A program made the position numbers and the translations under genes. A stretch of 24,000 nt of DNA from an uncultured Candidatus Izemoplasmatales bacterium. GTDB taxonomy: Bacteria; Bacillota_I; Bacilli_A; Izemoplasmatales; Hujiaoplasmataceae. Shown here one piece after another: positions 1 to 10,698 of the stretch; position 1 is the stretch's first letter, and each line of letters starts with the position of its first letter. The notes under the pieces are model-generated. The model worked only from the letters and a program-made list of their open reading frames with translations, had not been told where the DNA came from and searched no databases. Where the stretch lies: the NCBI GenBank assembly GCA_964611005.1, contig CAZSZZ010000001.1:1-24000 (forward strand). Direction: 5' to 3'.

Positions 1-887
1 ACTTTAGGTGTTGATTTAACTTCAACTTTAAGTGTTGGTTTAACAACTTTTTTCGCTTCATCTTTAGGTGCTGTAACTGGTTCTTTTGATTTTACCTTAA
101 TTATTACTTTTTTATTTTCAGTATTGTCATCCGCAGATTTAACAGCAGGCTTAACACTAGTTTCTGTAACTTTTACATTTTTCTTAGCTTCTTCTTTTTC
201 TATAATACCATTTCTAGCTTCTACAACTGCATCAGCCATTTTTCCAACAATTAAACGAACTGAACGAAGTGCATCATCATTTGCAGGAATAATATAATCA
301 ACATCGTCTGGATCACAGTTTGTGTCAACTATTCCAAATACTGGTATATGTAATTTTCTAGCTTCTAATATTGCATTTCTCTCTTTTCTGGGATCAATAA
401 TAAAAATTGCTTGTGGTATTTTACGCATATCTTTAATCCCACCTAAGAATTTTTCTAAGCGTGCCATATCTTTTCTTAATCCAATAACTTCTTTTTTAGG
501 AAGAACATCAAATGTTCCATCTTTTTCCATTTTATAAAGATCATGCAATTTCTTAATTGAACGTTTAATAGTTTTAAAGTTAGTTAACGTTCCTCCTAAC
601 CATCTTTGATTTACATAAAATTGTCCAGATCTAATTGCTGCATCTTTAACCGGTTCTTGAGATTGTTTTTTTGTTCCAACAAATAATACTTGACCACCTT
701 CTGATACTATATCAAACAAGGCTTTGTAAGATACATCGATTAAATCACTAGTTTTTTGTAAATCAATAATATGGATACCATTTCTAGAAGTGTAAATGTA
801 CTTAGCCATTTTTGGATTCCATCTTCTAGTTTGATGTCCAAAGTGTACCCCTGCTTCTAACAGAGATTTCATTGATAATACTCCCAT
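1..887 (-). CDS. rpsB: 30S ribosomal protein S2, 3' end (C-terminus) runs off the left edge of the window
   Basis: Absent from the ORF track because no stop codon lies inside the window. The ATG at 887-885 is preceded by GGAGGA (896-901) with an 8-nt spacer. The translation [46 protein letters not shown]... is the canonical S2 N-terminus. The frame stays open to position 3 and ends in a Lys/Val/Glu/Thr-rich tail. Confidence 0.93.
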   Translation of the reverse strand, partial: MGVLSMKSLLEAGVHFGHQTRRWNPKMAKYIYTSRNGIHIIDLQKTSDLIDVSYKALFDIVSEGGQVLFVGTKKQSQEPVKDAAIRSGQFYVNQRWLGGTLTNFKTIKRSIKKLHDLYKMEKDGTFDVLPKKEVIGLRKDMARLEKFLGGIKDMRKIPQAIFIIDPRKERNAILEARKLHIPVFGIVDTNCDPDDVDYIIPANDDALRSVRLIVGKMADAVVEARNGIIEKEEAKKNVKVTETSVKPAVKSADDNTENKKVIIKVKSKEPVTAPKDEAKKVVKPTLKVEVKSTPK

Positions 888-993
888 TTTAAAAATCCTC
901 CTTTTGATTTCTGCCTCCACTTAATCAACGCTATTATCACCCGTAGGCTCACGATAAATCACTCATAAGTGTGTGTATTTTTACGGCCTATAT

Positions 994-1022
994 ATTTTAC
1001 CAAATTTAGGCAAAGAAATCAA
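994..1022 (-). promoter_or_regulatory. sigma-A type promoter for rpsB: TTGATT, 17-nt spacer, TGgTAAAAT (extended -10)
   Basis: On the minus strand the -35 TTGATT is at 1022-1017, the spacer is exactly 17 nt, and the -10 TAAAAT is at 999-994 with a TGn extension. It sits just downstream of the dut terminator and about 100 nt upstream of the rpsB ATG. Confidence 0.6.
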
Positions 1023-1041
1023 GGAAAACATATAAGCAACT

Positions 1042-1077
1042 AAAAAAAAGGATTTAGTTCCCTGTAGAACCAAATCC
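1042..1077 (-). terminator. Rho-independent terminator ending the upp-atp-dut transcription unit
   Basis: The minus-strand RNA reads GGAUUUGGUUC-UACAGG-GAACUAAAUCC, an 11-bp stem with one G.U pair, followed by U8 (A-run 1042-1049 on the plus strand). The 5' arm overlaps the last dut codons and the stop codon. Confidence 0.8.
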
Positions 1078-1500
1078 GCCTAATCTTTTTAGTGCATTTT
1101 GATCATTATCAACCGTTAAATATTTAATAAAAATTCCCTGAGCAATGCGTTCACCTTTTTCAATAATAACTGATTCTTCACCAAAATTATACAATATAAG
1201 CATTATTTCACCTTCATTATCGGGATTATTATAATAATCAGAATCTATAATTCCTACTCCATTAGCTTTCATTAATTTCTTTTTAAAAGATAAGCTACTT
1301 CTAGGATACATCTGTAAAACTTCATCTTTAGGCATAAAAGCCTTAATCCCCGTTGTAACAAAGGCAATCTCTTTTGGTTTGATTGTCACAGTTATAGCAG
1401 CCGAAAAATCGTACCCCGCACTTCCCGAAGTTTTTCTTTCAGGTAAAGAAATATTTGCGTCTTTAAATTTAGTTACAACTTCAAATCCTCGTTTTTTCAT
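1054..1500 (-). CDS. dut: dUTP diphosphatase (trimeric dUTPase)
   Basis: 148 aa with the GSAGYD motif, IIDSDY, and a C-terminal GGFGSTG motif. An AAGGA SD lies upstream, and the gene starts 10 nt after the atpC stop. Confidence 0.9.
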   Translation of the reverse strand: MKKRGFEVVTKFKDANISLPERKTSGSAGYDFSAAITVTIKPKEIAFVTTGIKAFMPKDEVLQMYPRSSLSFKKKLMKANGVGIIDSDYYNNPDNEGEIMLILYNFGEESVIIEKGERIAQGIFIKYLTVDNDQNALKRLGGFGSTGN

Positions 1501-1510
1501 AATATAATCC

Positions 1511-1903
1511 TTATACTTGACCGGCTCCGGTCATTTTTATTTGTCTTTGTAATTCCTTCTCGGCTTTAGCCAATTCAATATTACGCTTTTTATTTTCTTC
1601 AGTTCTAACTTTTCTTATTTTATTAAGGTTTTCAAAAGCTTTTTCTTTTGATTTACCTATATAAGCATCTTGAGCAATTACTGTGATTAAATTATTTTTT
1701 TGTTCTACTACTCCATTAATAATAACAACATAAAAAACCATTTTACCTTGAATTAATTTTACATATCCTGTATCTATAGTAGATACAATTGGTAAGTGGT
1801 CTTTTAAAATTTCGTAGTCGCCATTATTAGAACTAGATACAATAACAGAAGATACTTCTTCATTATAAAGTTCTCCATCCGGAGTTACAATCACAATTTT
1901 CAT
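1511..1903 (-). CDS. atpC: F1 ATP synthase epsilon subunit
   Basis: 130 aa, placed directly after atpD. It has an N-terminal beta-sandwich-like sequence and a C-terminal helical Lys/Glu-rich region. SD is AAGGGA. Confidence 0.88.
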   Translation of the reverse strand: MKIVIVTPDGELYNEEVSSVIVSSSNNGDYEILKDHLPIVSTIDTGYVKLIQGKMVFYVVIINGVVEQKNNLITVIAQDAYIGKSKEKAFENLNKIRKVRTEENKKRNIELAKAEKELQRQIKMTGAGQV

Positions 1904-1912
1904 ATTTATCCC

Positions 1913-3334
<1,422 letters not shown>

Positions 3335-4201
3335 CTACTTGACAGCGTTTGCGCCACCAATAATATCATTTAATTCTAGTGTAATTTGTGCTTGGCGAGC
3401 ACGATTATAAATAAGATTCTGTTTTTGTATTATATCTAAAGCATTATCGGTTGCACTTTTCATAGCTGTCATACGTGATGCATGCTCAGATGTTTTAGCA
3501 TCTAAAATAATTCCATAAAGAGAATTTTCAAGATAGATTGGAAGTAATTGGTTTATTACCTCTTCGGTGGATGGTTCAAAAATATATTCTGAAACCATTT
3601 TATTTTTGTCAGCTATTAAATCAGTAATCGGTAATAATACTTCTTCAGTTGTTTTTTGAGAAATTGTATTTATATAATGTGAATAAATTAATACAATTTT
3701 ATCGACTTGTCTGTGTAAATACAAATCAATAAAAGCTCTTGACATTGCTTGAAAATCAATAAACCTCACATCATCTCGAGAATTAATTGATTCTTTATTC
3801 AACATATTAATTTTTTTTCTCTTACAAAAACTGTATGCTTTATATCCAATTGTCCCTACAATATATTCTTTACTTGATTTATGTCTTTTTAAAATTACAG
3901 TTTCAAAATAACGAATAACATTTGCATTATATGGACCAGCTAACCCTCTATCACTAGTAACTAGAATATATCCAGTTTTTTTAATTTCTCGTTTTTCTAG
4001 CAATGGATGAGTTAATTCTGGATTAGAAGATAATACTCCTTCTAAAATGTCTTTTACATGAGATTTAATCGGAATAAAAGCAAGATGCTTCTTTTCTACT
4101 CTTTTTAGTTTGGAAGCAGAAACCATGTTCATCGCCTTAGTTATTTGGGATGTTTTTCGCGTGGCTTCAATGCGATTTTTTATATCTCGAAGTGATGCCA
4201 A
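3335..4201 (-). CDS. atpG: F1 ATP synthase gamma subunit
   Basis: The sequence ASLRDIKNRIEATRKTSQITKAMNMVSASKL is the conserved gamma N-terminus. The ORF track starts at GTG 4210. I prefer TTG 4201, which has SD AGGTGA at 4207-4212 with a 5-nt spacer and gives the M-ASLRDIK start typical of Firmicute AtpG. Confidence 0.92.
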   Translation of the reverse strand: MASLRDIKNRIEATRKTSQITKAMNMVSASKLKRVEKKHLAFIPIKSHVKDILEGVLSSNPELTHPLLEKREIKKTGYILVTSDRGLAGPYNANVIRYFETVILKRHKSSKEYIVGTIGYKAYSFCKRKKINMLNKESINSRDDVRFIDFQAMSRAFIDLYLHRQVDKIVLIYSHYINTISQKTTEEVLLPITDLIADKNKMVSEYIFEPSTEEVINQLLPIYLENSLYGIILDAKTSEHASRMTAMKSATDNALDIIQKQNLIYNRARQAQITLELNDIIGGANAVK

Positions 4202-4214
4202 ATTATTCACCTAC

Positions 4215-5720
4215 TTACATAAAATCATTATGGAATCTATCTAATACTTTTCCTAATTTTTCTAAATCTGGTAAGTCTTTAGTTTTGAGTATATCTTGTA
4301 ATAATTTTTTACCTTCTTTATCACGTTTCATAAAATCATGTAATTCTGTTTCATATCTTTTAATATCATGCACTTTAATAGAATCAAGATATCCTTTATT
4401 TAAAGCATATATACTTATAGCTTGCAATTCAAAAGGAAGTGGTTCGTGCAATCCTTGTTTTAAAATCTCAACTGTACGTTCACCACGATCTAATTTTGCT
4501 TTAGTAGCATCATCCAAATCAGAACCAAATTGAGTAAAAGCTTCAAGTTCACGATAACTTGCCAAATCTAATCTTAATGTACCAGATATTCTTTTAATTG
4601 CTTTATGTTGAGCAGCTCCACCAACACGAGATACTGATAATCCCGCATTAATAGCTGGTCTTATTCCTGAAAAGAATAACTTAGATTGTAAAAAGATTTG
4701 ACCATCAGTAATTGAAATTACATTTGTAGGAATATATGCAGAAATATCTCCTTCCTGTGTTTCAATAATAGGTAGTGCAGTAATTGATCCCCCACCTAAT
4801 TTATCTGATAATTTTGCAGCTCTTTCTAATAATCTTGAATGAAGATAAAAAACATCTCCTGGAAAAGCTTCTCTACCAGGTGGTCTTCTTAATAACAATG
4901 ACAATTCACGATATGCAATCGCATGTTTTGTTAAATCATCATAGATAACCAAAACATGTTTTCCTTCAAACATAAATTCTTCTGCCATTGAAACGCCAGC
5001 ATAAGGAGCTAAAAATAGTAACGGTGCTGGATCACTAGCATTAGCCGCAACTATAATAGAATACTTCATCGCATCATAGCGTTTCAATGTTTCATATATA
5101 TTTAAAACTGTAGTTTGTTTTTGTCCAATAGCTACATAGATACAGATAACATCTTTACCTTTTTGGTTTAGAATAGTGTCAACCGCAATAGATGTTTTCC
5201 CAGTTTGACGATCACCAATAATCAATTCACGTTGACCTCTACCAATTGGAACAAGCGCATCTAATACTTTTAATCCTGTTTCTAATGGTTGAAAAACAGA
5301 TTGTCTATCAATAACTCCAGTAGCTTTTCGTTCAATAGCTCTAGTTTTTTTAGTATTGATTTTGCCTAATCCATCTATTGGATGTCCAAGTGGATTTACA
5401 ATTCTACCAATTAATTCTTCACCAACACCAACTTCTAGGATTCGCCCAGTAGATTTGACTTGGTCTCCTTCTTTAATCAGTGTTGAATCATTTAAAAGAA
5501 TCGCTCCCACATTGTTTTTTTCAAGATTTTGAACCATTCCATATACATCATTTGGGAAAATCAATAATTCTCCACTCATAGCGTTATCTAACCCATAAAT
5601 TAAGGCAATTCCATCGCCAACAGAAATGACTGTTCCTACATTTTCAGTTTTAAGCTTCTTTTCATATTTTCTAATCTGTTCTTTAAGTAAAGAACTAATT
5701 TCTAACGAATCTATCTTCAT
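4215..5720 (-). CDS. atpA: F1 ATP synthase alpha subunit
   Basis: 501 aa with Walker A GDRQTGKT. The sequence looks highly conserved throughout. SD is AAGGGG. Confidence 0.98.
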   Translation of the reverse strand: MKIDSLEISSLLKEQIRKYEKKLKTENVGTVISVGDGIALIYGLDNAMSGELLIFPNDVYGMVQNLEKNNVGAILLNDSTLIKEGDQVKSTGRILEVGVGEELIGRIVNPLGHPIDGLGKINTKKTRAIERKATGVIDRQSVFQPLETGLKVLDALVPIGRGQRELIIGDRQTGKTSIAVDTILNQKGKDVICIYVAIGQKQTTVLNIYETLKRYDAMKYSIIVAANASDPAPLLFLAPYAGVSMAEEFMFEGKHVLVIYDDLTKHAIAYRELSLLLRRPPGREAFPGDVFYLHSRLLERAAKLSDKLGGGSITALPIIETQEGDISAYIPTNVISITDGQIFLQSKLFFSGIRPAINAGLSVSRVGGAAQHKAIKRISGTLRLDLASYRELEAFTQFGSDLDDATKAKLDRGERTVEILKQGLHEPLPFELQAISIYALNKGYLDSIKVHDIKRYETELHDFMKRDKEGKKLLQDILKTKDLPDLEKLGKVLDRFHNDFM

Positions 5721-5730
5721 CGGTTACCCC

Positions 5731-6246
5731 TTATTCTAACAAGCTAGATTTGATATTATCTAATTGCTTATTTATTGTTTCATCAATAATGTTACCTTCA
5801 AATTCTATTCTAAATCCACCTAATATAGATTTATCGATAACTTCTTCAATTTCAATTGATCTTTTATAAATTTTTTTTAATTTTATTTTAATTTTATTTA
5901 TATTTTCTTTCTTCAAAGGATAATTAGAAATCACTTTAACTTGCATCACTTTATTTATTTCATCTAAAATGTCTTGATATGAAGCTAAAATAGCCTCAAT
6001 AATATTTATTCTATCGTTTTCAATTAAAACCTTTAAAAAATTTGTTAATAAAGAATCCTTAACGGTATTTTCTATTAATTTCATTTTATCTACTTTTTCA
6101 ATTCTTGGATGAGCAAAAAATTTGTATACTTCATCATCCATACCTTGTATAAAATTAGATAATATCTCTTTAAATCTTTCAGCTTTATCAATTTCATCAG
6201 CTAACGAAAAAACAGCTAATGCATATTGATATGCAATACCTGTCAT
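5731..6246 (-). CDS. atpH: F1 ATP synthase delta (OSCP) subunit
   Basis: 171 aa, located between atpF and atpA, with a C-terminal GG(F)RIE..G..IDxT motif. The start overlaps the atpF stop (ATGA at 6243-6246). Confidence 0.85.
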   Translation of the reverse strand: MTGIAYQYALAVFSLADEIDKAERFKEILSNFIQGMDDEVYKFFAHPRIEKVDKMKLIENTVKDSLLTNFLKVLIENDRINIIEAILASYQDILDEINKVMQVKVISNYPLKKENINKIKIKLKKIYKRSIEIEEVIDKSILGGFRIEFEGNIIDETINKQLDNIKSSLLE

Positions 6247-6779
6247 ACATTTTCACTACTTTCTATATGATTAATAACTAAGTCTTGATATTCCTTTTCA
6301 TCAATCTCTTTTTCAATAATTTTTGAAGCCATCATAGTAGCTATATCAACAGCTTCTTTTTGAATACTGCTTCTAGCTTTTTTCTTTTCAAGTTCTATTT
6401 GTAATTGAGCTTGAGTTAATAATTCTTGAGCTTCTTTTTTGGCTTTGGTAACAATTATTTCATGTTCTTCTTCACCGCGTTCAATAGCTTTATTGATAAA
6501 GGTTTTAGATTTTAATTTTAATTCTTGATATTCTTTATCTGTTTTTTGTTGAAGAATTTGAGCTTCTTCATTAGCTTTTTTAGCAGAAGAGAATTCTTCT
6601 TCCATTAGTTCTTTTCTTTTTTTGATAAAGTCTTTAACATTATCCCAAAAATAATGACGAACAATTAGAACCAAAATCAAGGTAGCACCTATTTGAATTA
6701 GCATATCACTTAAACTAGCTCCAAGTGCGTTTTCAATAGCCTCAGACACAGCCTCCATCATTCGTTGAAGTGCAGTCAT
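6243..6779 (-). CDS. atpF: Fo ATP synthase subunit b
   Basis: 178 aa with a single N-terminal TM helix followed by a long Glu/Lys/Ala-rich helix. SD is AGGAGG. The stop is TGA. Confidence 0.85.
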   Translation of the reverse strand: MTALQRMMEAVSEAIENALGASLSDMLIQIGATLILVLIVRHYFWDNVKDFIKKRKELMEEEFSSAKKANEEAQILQQKTDKEYQELKLKSKTFINKAIERGEEEHEIIVTKAKKEAQELLTQAQLQIELEKKKARSSIQKEAVDIATMMASKIIEKEIDEKEYQDLVINHIESSENV

Positions 6780-6810
6780 GACATTCCTCCTTTGAAGATT
6801 GAATTAGTTT

Positions 6811-7779
<969 letters not shown>

Positions 7780-7796
<17 letters not shown>

Positions 7797-8166
7797 CCCC
7801 CTTGTTAGCTGAAATTATCGCAACCGGGTAAGTAACTATCCGAAATGTCAATAATCCTACAAATGTCAAATATACATTCCAATCAGGATCAGTATGTGAG
7901 ACATATAAAATTATACCAAAAAATACATATTTTACAAGATAAATTATTATCGTCCTTGACTTTATTTTTTCAGGATTATTTTTAAAAAGATTTTTCATAA
8001 TACGATAATTCATTGACTGCATCAACAAAACAGAAAAAACTCCTAAAAGAAAACTGATAACAAAATCAAAATTATGAGAAATAAAATATAAAACAATAGA
8101 AAAAACAATTGCATAAGGCCAACAAAATAAAAATGTTTTTTCAATGATGTTCATCTTTTTCTTCAT
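7780..8166 (-). CDS. atpI: ATP synthase protein I (AtpI-like, four predicted TM helices)
   Basis: A small hydrophobic protein immediately upstream of atpB. I moved the start from 8184 to ATG 8166 ([10 protein letters not shown]...), because AGGAGG lies 8 nt upstream of that ATG. Confidence 0.6.
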
Positions 8167-8416
8167 TTTCGTTACCTCCTGCAATATTTTTAATTACTCT
8201 TTTAATTAAATTTACTAATCCTGATAACATACCTAATAATATTAGAATGTACATTAAAATATCTTTATTTTCAAAAAATAAATTATCTAAAAAACGTCCT
8301 AAAAAATATCCAATAATCATTCCTACAAAAGTTTCTATAAAAAACTGGTATATTAAATTAAGGGCAAATAATAGCGACTCGTTTTTTTTACTTTGTGCCA
8401 AATAATCTATCCCCAC
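8141..8416 (-). CDS. AtpZ-like small membrane protein (ATPase_gene1 family candidate)
   Basis: About 91 aa with two hydrophobic helices and a [13 protein letters not shown] motif, like the AtpZ proteins found upstream of atpI in Bacillus-type atp operons. The start is uncertain: GTG at 8416 overlaps the upp 3' end by 29 nt, and a TTG five codons downstream is also possible. Confidence 0.5.
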   Translation of the reverse strand: MGIDYLAQSKKNESLLFALNLIYQFFIETFVGMIIGYFLGRFLDNLFFENKDILMYILILLGMLSGLVNLIKRVIKNIAGGNENEEKDEHH

Positions 8417-9014
8417 AATCCCCTAAGCCTGGAACAATATATCCCATATCATTTAGTTTTTCATCTATTGATACTAAATATATATCTATATCAGGATGTG
8501 CTTTTTGAAGTGCTTCAACTCCTTCGGGGCAACCTACAATTCCTACAAAACGAATATCTTTAGCTCCTGCCCTTTTTACTCTTGTAATAGCTGCAATCGC
8601 GCTACCTCCAGTAGCTAACATAGGGTCAACTACTAATACAGTAGCATCAACAATTTCCTTTGGAAACTTTAAATAATATTCATGTGGTTCTAAAGTTTTC
8701 TCATCTCTATATAGACCAATGTGACCTATTTTAGCTGTTGGTATTACATTGTGAATACCATCAACCATACCAAGACCAGCACGCAATATTGGTACTATAA
8801 CAACATCTTTAGCTAAAACGTCACATGTTGTTTTAGCTACAGGAGTTTCTATTTTTATTGATTTAGTTTTTAAATCTCTAGTTACTTCAAAAGTAACTAA
8901 AGATCCGATTTCATTAACATTTTCTCTAAATGTTTTTGTATCAGTAAATTTATTGCGAATAATCGATAATTTGTGTTGAATTAAAGGATGATCAAATAAT
9001 ACTACTTTTCCCAT
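8388..9014 (-). CDS. upp: uracil phosphoribosyltransferase
   Basis: 208 aa with the PRPP-binding motif [13 protein letters not shown] and a C-terminal [18 protein letters not shown] is AGGAGG. Confidence 0.96.
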   Translation of the reverse strand: MGKVVLFDHPLIQHKLSIIRNKFTDTKTFRENVNEIGSLVTFEVTRDLKTKSIKIETPVAKTTCDVLAKDVVIVPILRAGLGMVDGIHNVIPTAKIGHIGLYRDEKTLEPHEYYLKFPKEIVDATVLVVDPMLATGGSAIAAITRVKRAGAKDIRFVGIVGCPEGVEALQKAHPDIDIYLVSIDEKLNDMGYIVPGLGDCGDRLFGTK

Positions 9015-9139
9015 ATTACCTCCTGATTTTTATTATTTTTATATATATTCTTAAATCATATATAATTCGACTTTATATTTGATATTTTTATATAGATAAA
9101 TATTTAAAAAAGATAATCTCTATCAATGTTCTTTCTTCA

Positions 9140-9168
9140 ATTATAACAAAATCCTAATCTTATTACAA
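9140..9168 (-). promoter_or_regulatory. Promoter candidate for the upp-atp unit: TTGTAA, 17-nt spacer, TGtTATAAT
   Basis: On the minus strand the -35 TTGTAA is at 9168-9163, the spacer is 17 nt, and a consensus -10 TATAAT is at 9145-9140 with a TGn extension. It is followed by a very AT-rich leader of about 120 nt before the upp SD. Confidence 0.55.
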
Positions 9169-9181
9169 TAAAACAAAACTT

Positions 9182-9207
9182 AAAAAAGGGACGATTTTAT
9201 ACGTCTC
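9182..9207 (-). terminator. Weak, possibly leaky terminator after the GGDEF gene
   Basis: The minus-strand RNA reads GAGACG-UAUAAAAU-CGUCCC followed by U6. The stem has only 4 bp, then a mismatch, then 1 bp, and it overlaps the stop codon. This is marginal, so read-through into upp-atp is plausible. Confidence 0.3.
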
Positions 9208-10132
9208 TTGAATAAGAAATATTACCCTTACCTCTACTTTTGGCATGGTACATTGTTCTATCGGCTAAATCCAATAAGTTATCTATATTAAAATTAGTAC
9301 CTTTTATAGGGATAATACCTATGGAAGCACTAACTTCAACCTGTTCTCCTTCTTGGTTTAATTTCTCTACATCATAAATAATTTGTAAAGCGTTTCTATA
9401 AGCTTCCTTCTCAGTTGAATCAATTAAATAAACAAAAAATTCATCTCCACCTAAACGATAATAATGTTTATTATAGTTTTCATCAGAAAACAAAAATTTC
9501 TGTCCTAATTCCCTTAAATACTTATCGCCTTTCATATGTCCAAAAACATCATTAATACGTTTAAAATTATCAATATCAAAATATAATCCATATGACAATA
9601 AAGATTCATCAGCTCGTTGTAAATGATATTTTAATGCTTCTTTAGAATATAATCCTGTTAAAACATCTATATATTTATTTTGATAATATTTAATAGCATC
9701 TGGAACTGATTTTGTTTTCCAATTAACTCTACCAAATATAAGTTTTAAATCTTTTCTCTTTTTTATTGTATTGAATACACAAGCAACCCAAATTAATTCT
9801 CCATTTATTCTAAAAGGAAAATATACTTCAGAATCTGATTCACTATTATTTATTAATTCAAATAAATAATTAAGATATCTATCCTTACCTATAACATAAG
9901 ATACAGGATTATCAAATTCAATATAAGGCATAAAATCTTTAACATATAAATGGTCTCTTTTTTCAATTCCATAACATTCAGTGTTTCCAGATAAAATAAA
10001 TAGCTCTGATTCTGTTAGTTTATTGTAATCAAAGCAAAAAACAATATGATGATCATCAGCTAGTAATATTTCATCTATAACATCTACATCAAATGTATCA
10101 CTTATTTTTTTTCTAATTATTTCATTAATCAT
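9197..10132 (-). CDS. GGDEF-domain protein (putative diguanylate cyclase) with an uncharacterised N-terminal domain of about 150 aa
   Basis: 311 aa. The GGDEF motif is intact (GGTGGAGATGAATTT at 9451-9437), the metal-site motif FDIDNFKRIND is present, and the C-terminus carries YHAKSRGKG. No RxxD I-site lies upstream of GGDEF, and there are no TM helices. SD GGGAG is 7 nt before the ATG, and the gene overlaps tsaC by 8 nt. Confidence 0.85.
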   Translation of the reverse strand: MINEIIRKKISDTFDVDVIDEILLADDHHIVFCFDYNKLTESELFILSGNTECYGIEKRDHLYVKDFMPYIEFDNPVSYVIGKDRYLNYLFELINNSESDSEVYFPFRINGELIWVACVFNTIKKRKDLKLIFGRVNWKTKSVPDAIKYYQNKYIDVLTGLYSKEALKYHLQRADESLLSYGLYFDIDNFKRINDVFGHMKGDKYLRELGQKFLFSDENYNKHYYRLGGDEFFVYLIDSTEKEAYRNALQIIYDVEKLNQEGEQVEVSASIGIIPIKGTNFNIDNLLDLADRTMYHAKSRGKGNISYSRDV

Positions 10133-10697
10133 GATTTTCTCCCTGAATAACTACTCCACCTTGCCTTAAAACTTTTTTTTGAGTTAAGTCATATACAGTA
10201 GATGGTATTTCGTAAAGGTCCCCACCTTGAATAATATAATCAACTTTATCGTGAAATTTATGGATGTCTATATATTTAGTAATTGGAGCTTGATTGCTCA
10301 AGTTAAGGCTTGTCACAACCATTGGACCGTATTTTTTCAATATCTCTAAACTGATTTTATTTCCGGGGATTCTTATTCCAACTGTGTTTCTGTTTGAGGT
10401 TATTATATCATAAACAGATTCATTTTTAAAGAAAATAATAGTTAACTTTCCCGGCCAATATTTTTTTAAATAACTTGGTACTTTTTGTCCTTCACGAATC
10501 AAAGTGGTAACTTGTTTTAAATTAGCACATAAAATTACCATTGGTTTATTATAGTCTCTATTTTTAATTTCATAGATTTTCCTTATAGAATCAATATCAT
10601 TATACAAGCATCCTATTCCATAAACAGTATCTGTAGGAAATATAATTATTTTACCTGTAAAATCATAATCTAAATAATTATTTTCATTTAAAATCAT
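10125..10697 (-). CDS. tsaC: L-threonylcarbamoyladenylate synthase (TsaC/YwlC/YrdC family, short form)
   Basis: The motifs FPTDTVYGIGC, KNRDYNKP and VGIRIP are typical of the YrdC/Sua5 fold. The track starts at GTG 10706. ATG 10697, with SD AAGGGTG 6 nt upstream, is more likely. Confidence 0.82.
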   Translation of the reverse strand: MILNENNYLDYDFTGKIIIFPTDTVYGIGCLYNDIDSIRKIYEIKNRDYNKPMVILCANLKQVTTLIREGQKVPSYLKKYWPGKLTIIFFKNESVYDIITSNRNTVGIRIPGNKISLEILKKYGPMVVTSLNLSNQAPITKYIDIHKFHDKVDYIIQGGDLYEIPSTVYDLTQKKVLRQGGVVIQGENHD

Positions 10698-10698
10698 A

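Noticed and set aside
9039-9065. Inverted repeat TTATATAT-N11-ATATATAA in the upp leader, considered as a possible PyrR-type attenuator or operator
   Set aside because: It is composed purely of A/T in an extremely AT-rich spacer, so it is expected by chance. No PyrR binding loop (UCCAGAGAGG-like) and no terminator/antiterminator pair is visible.
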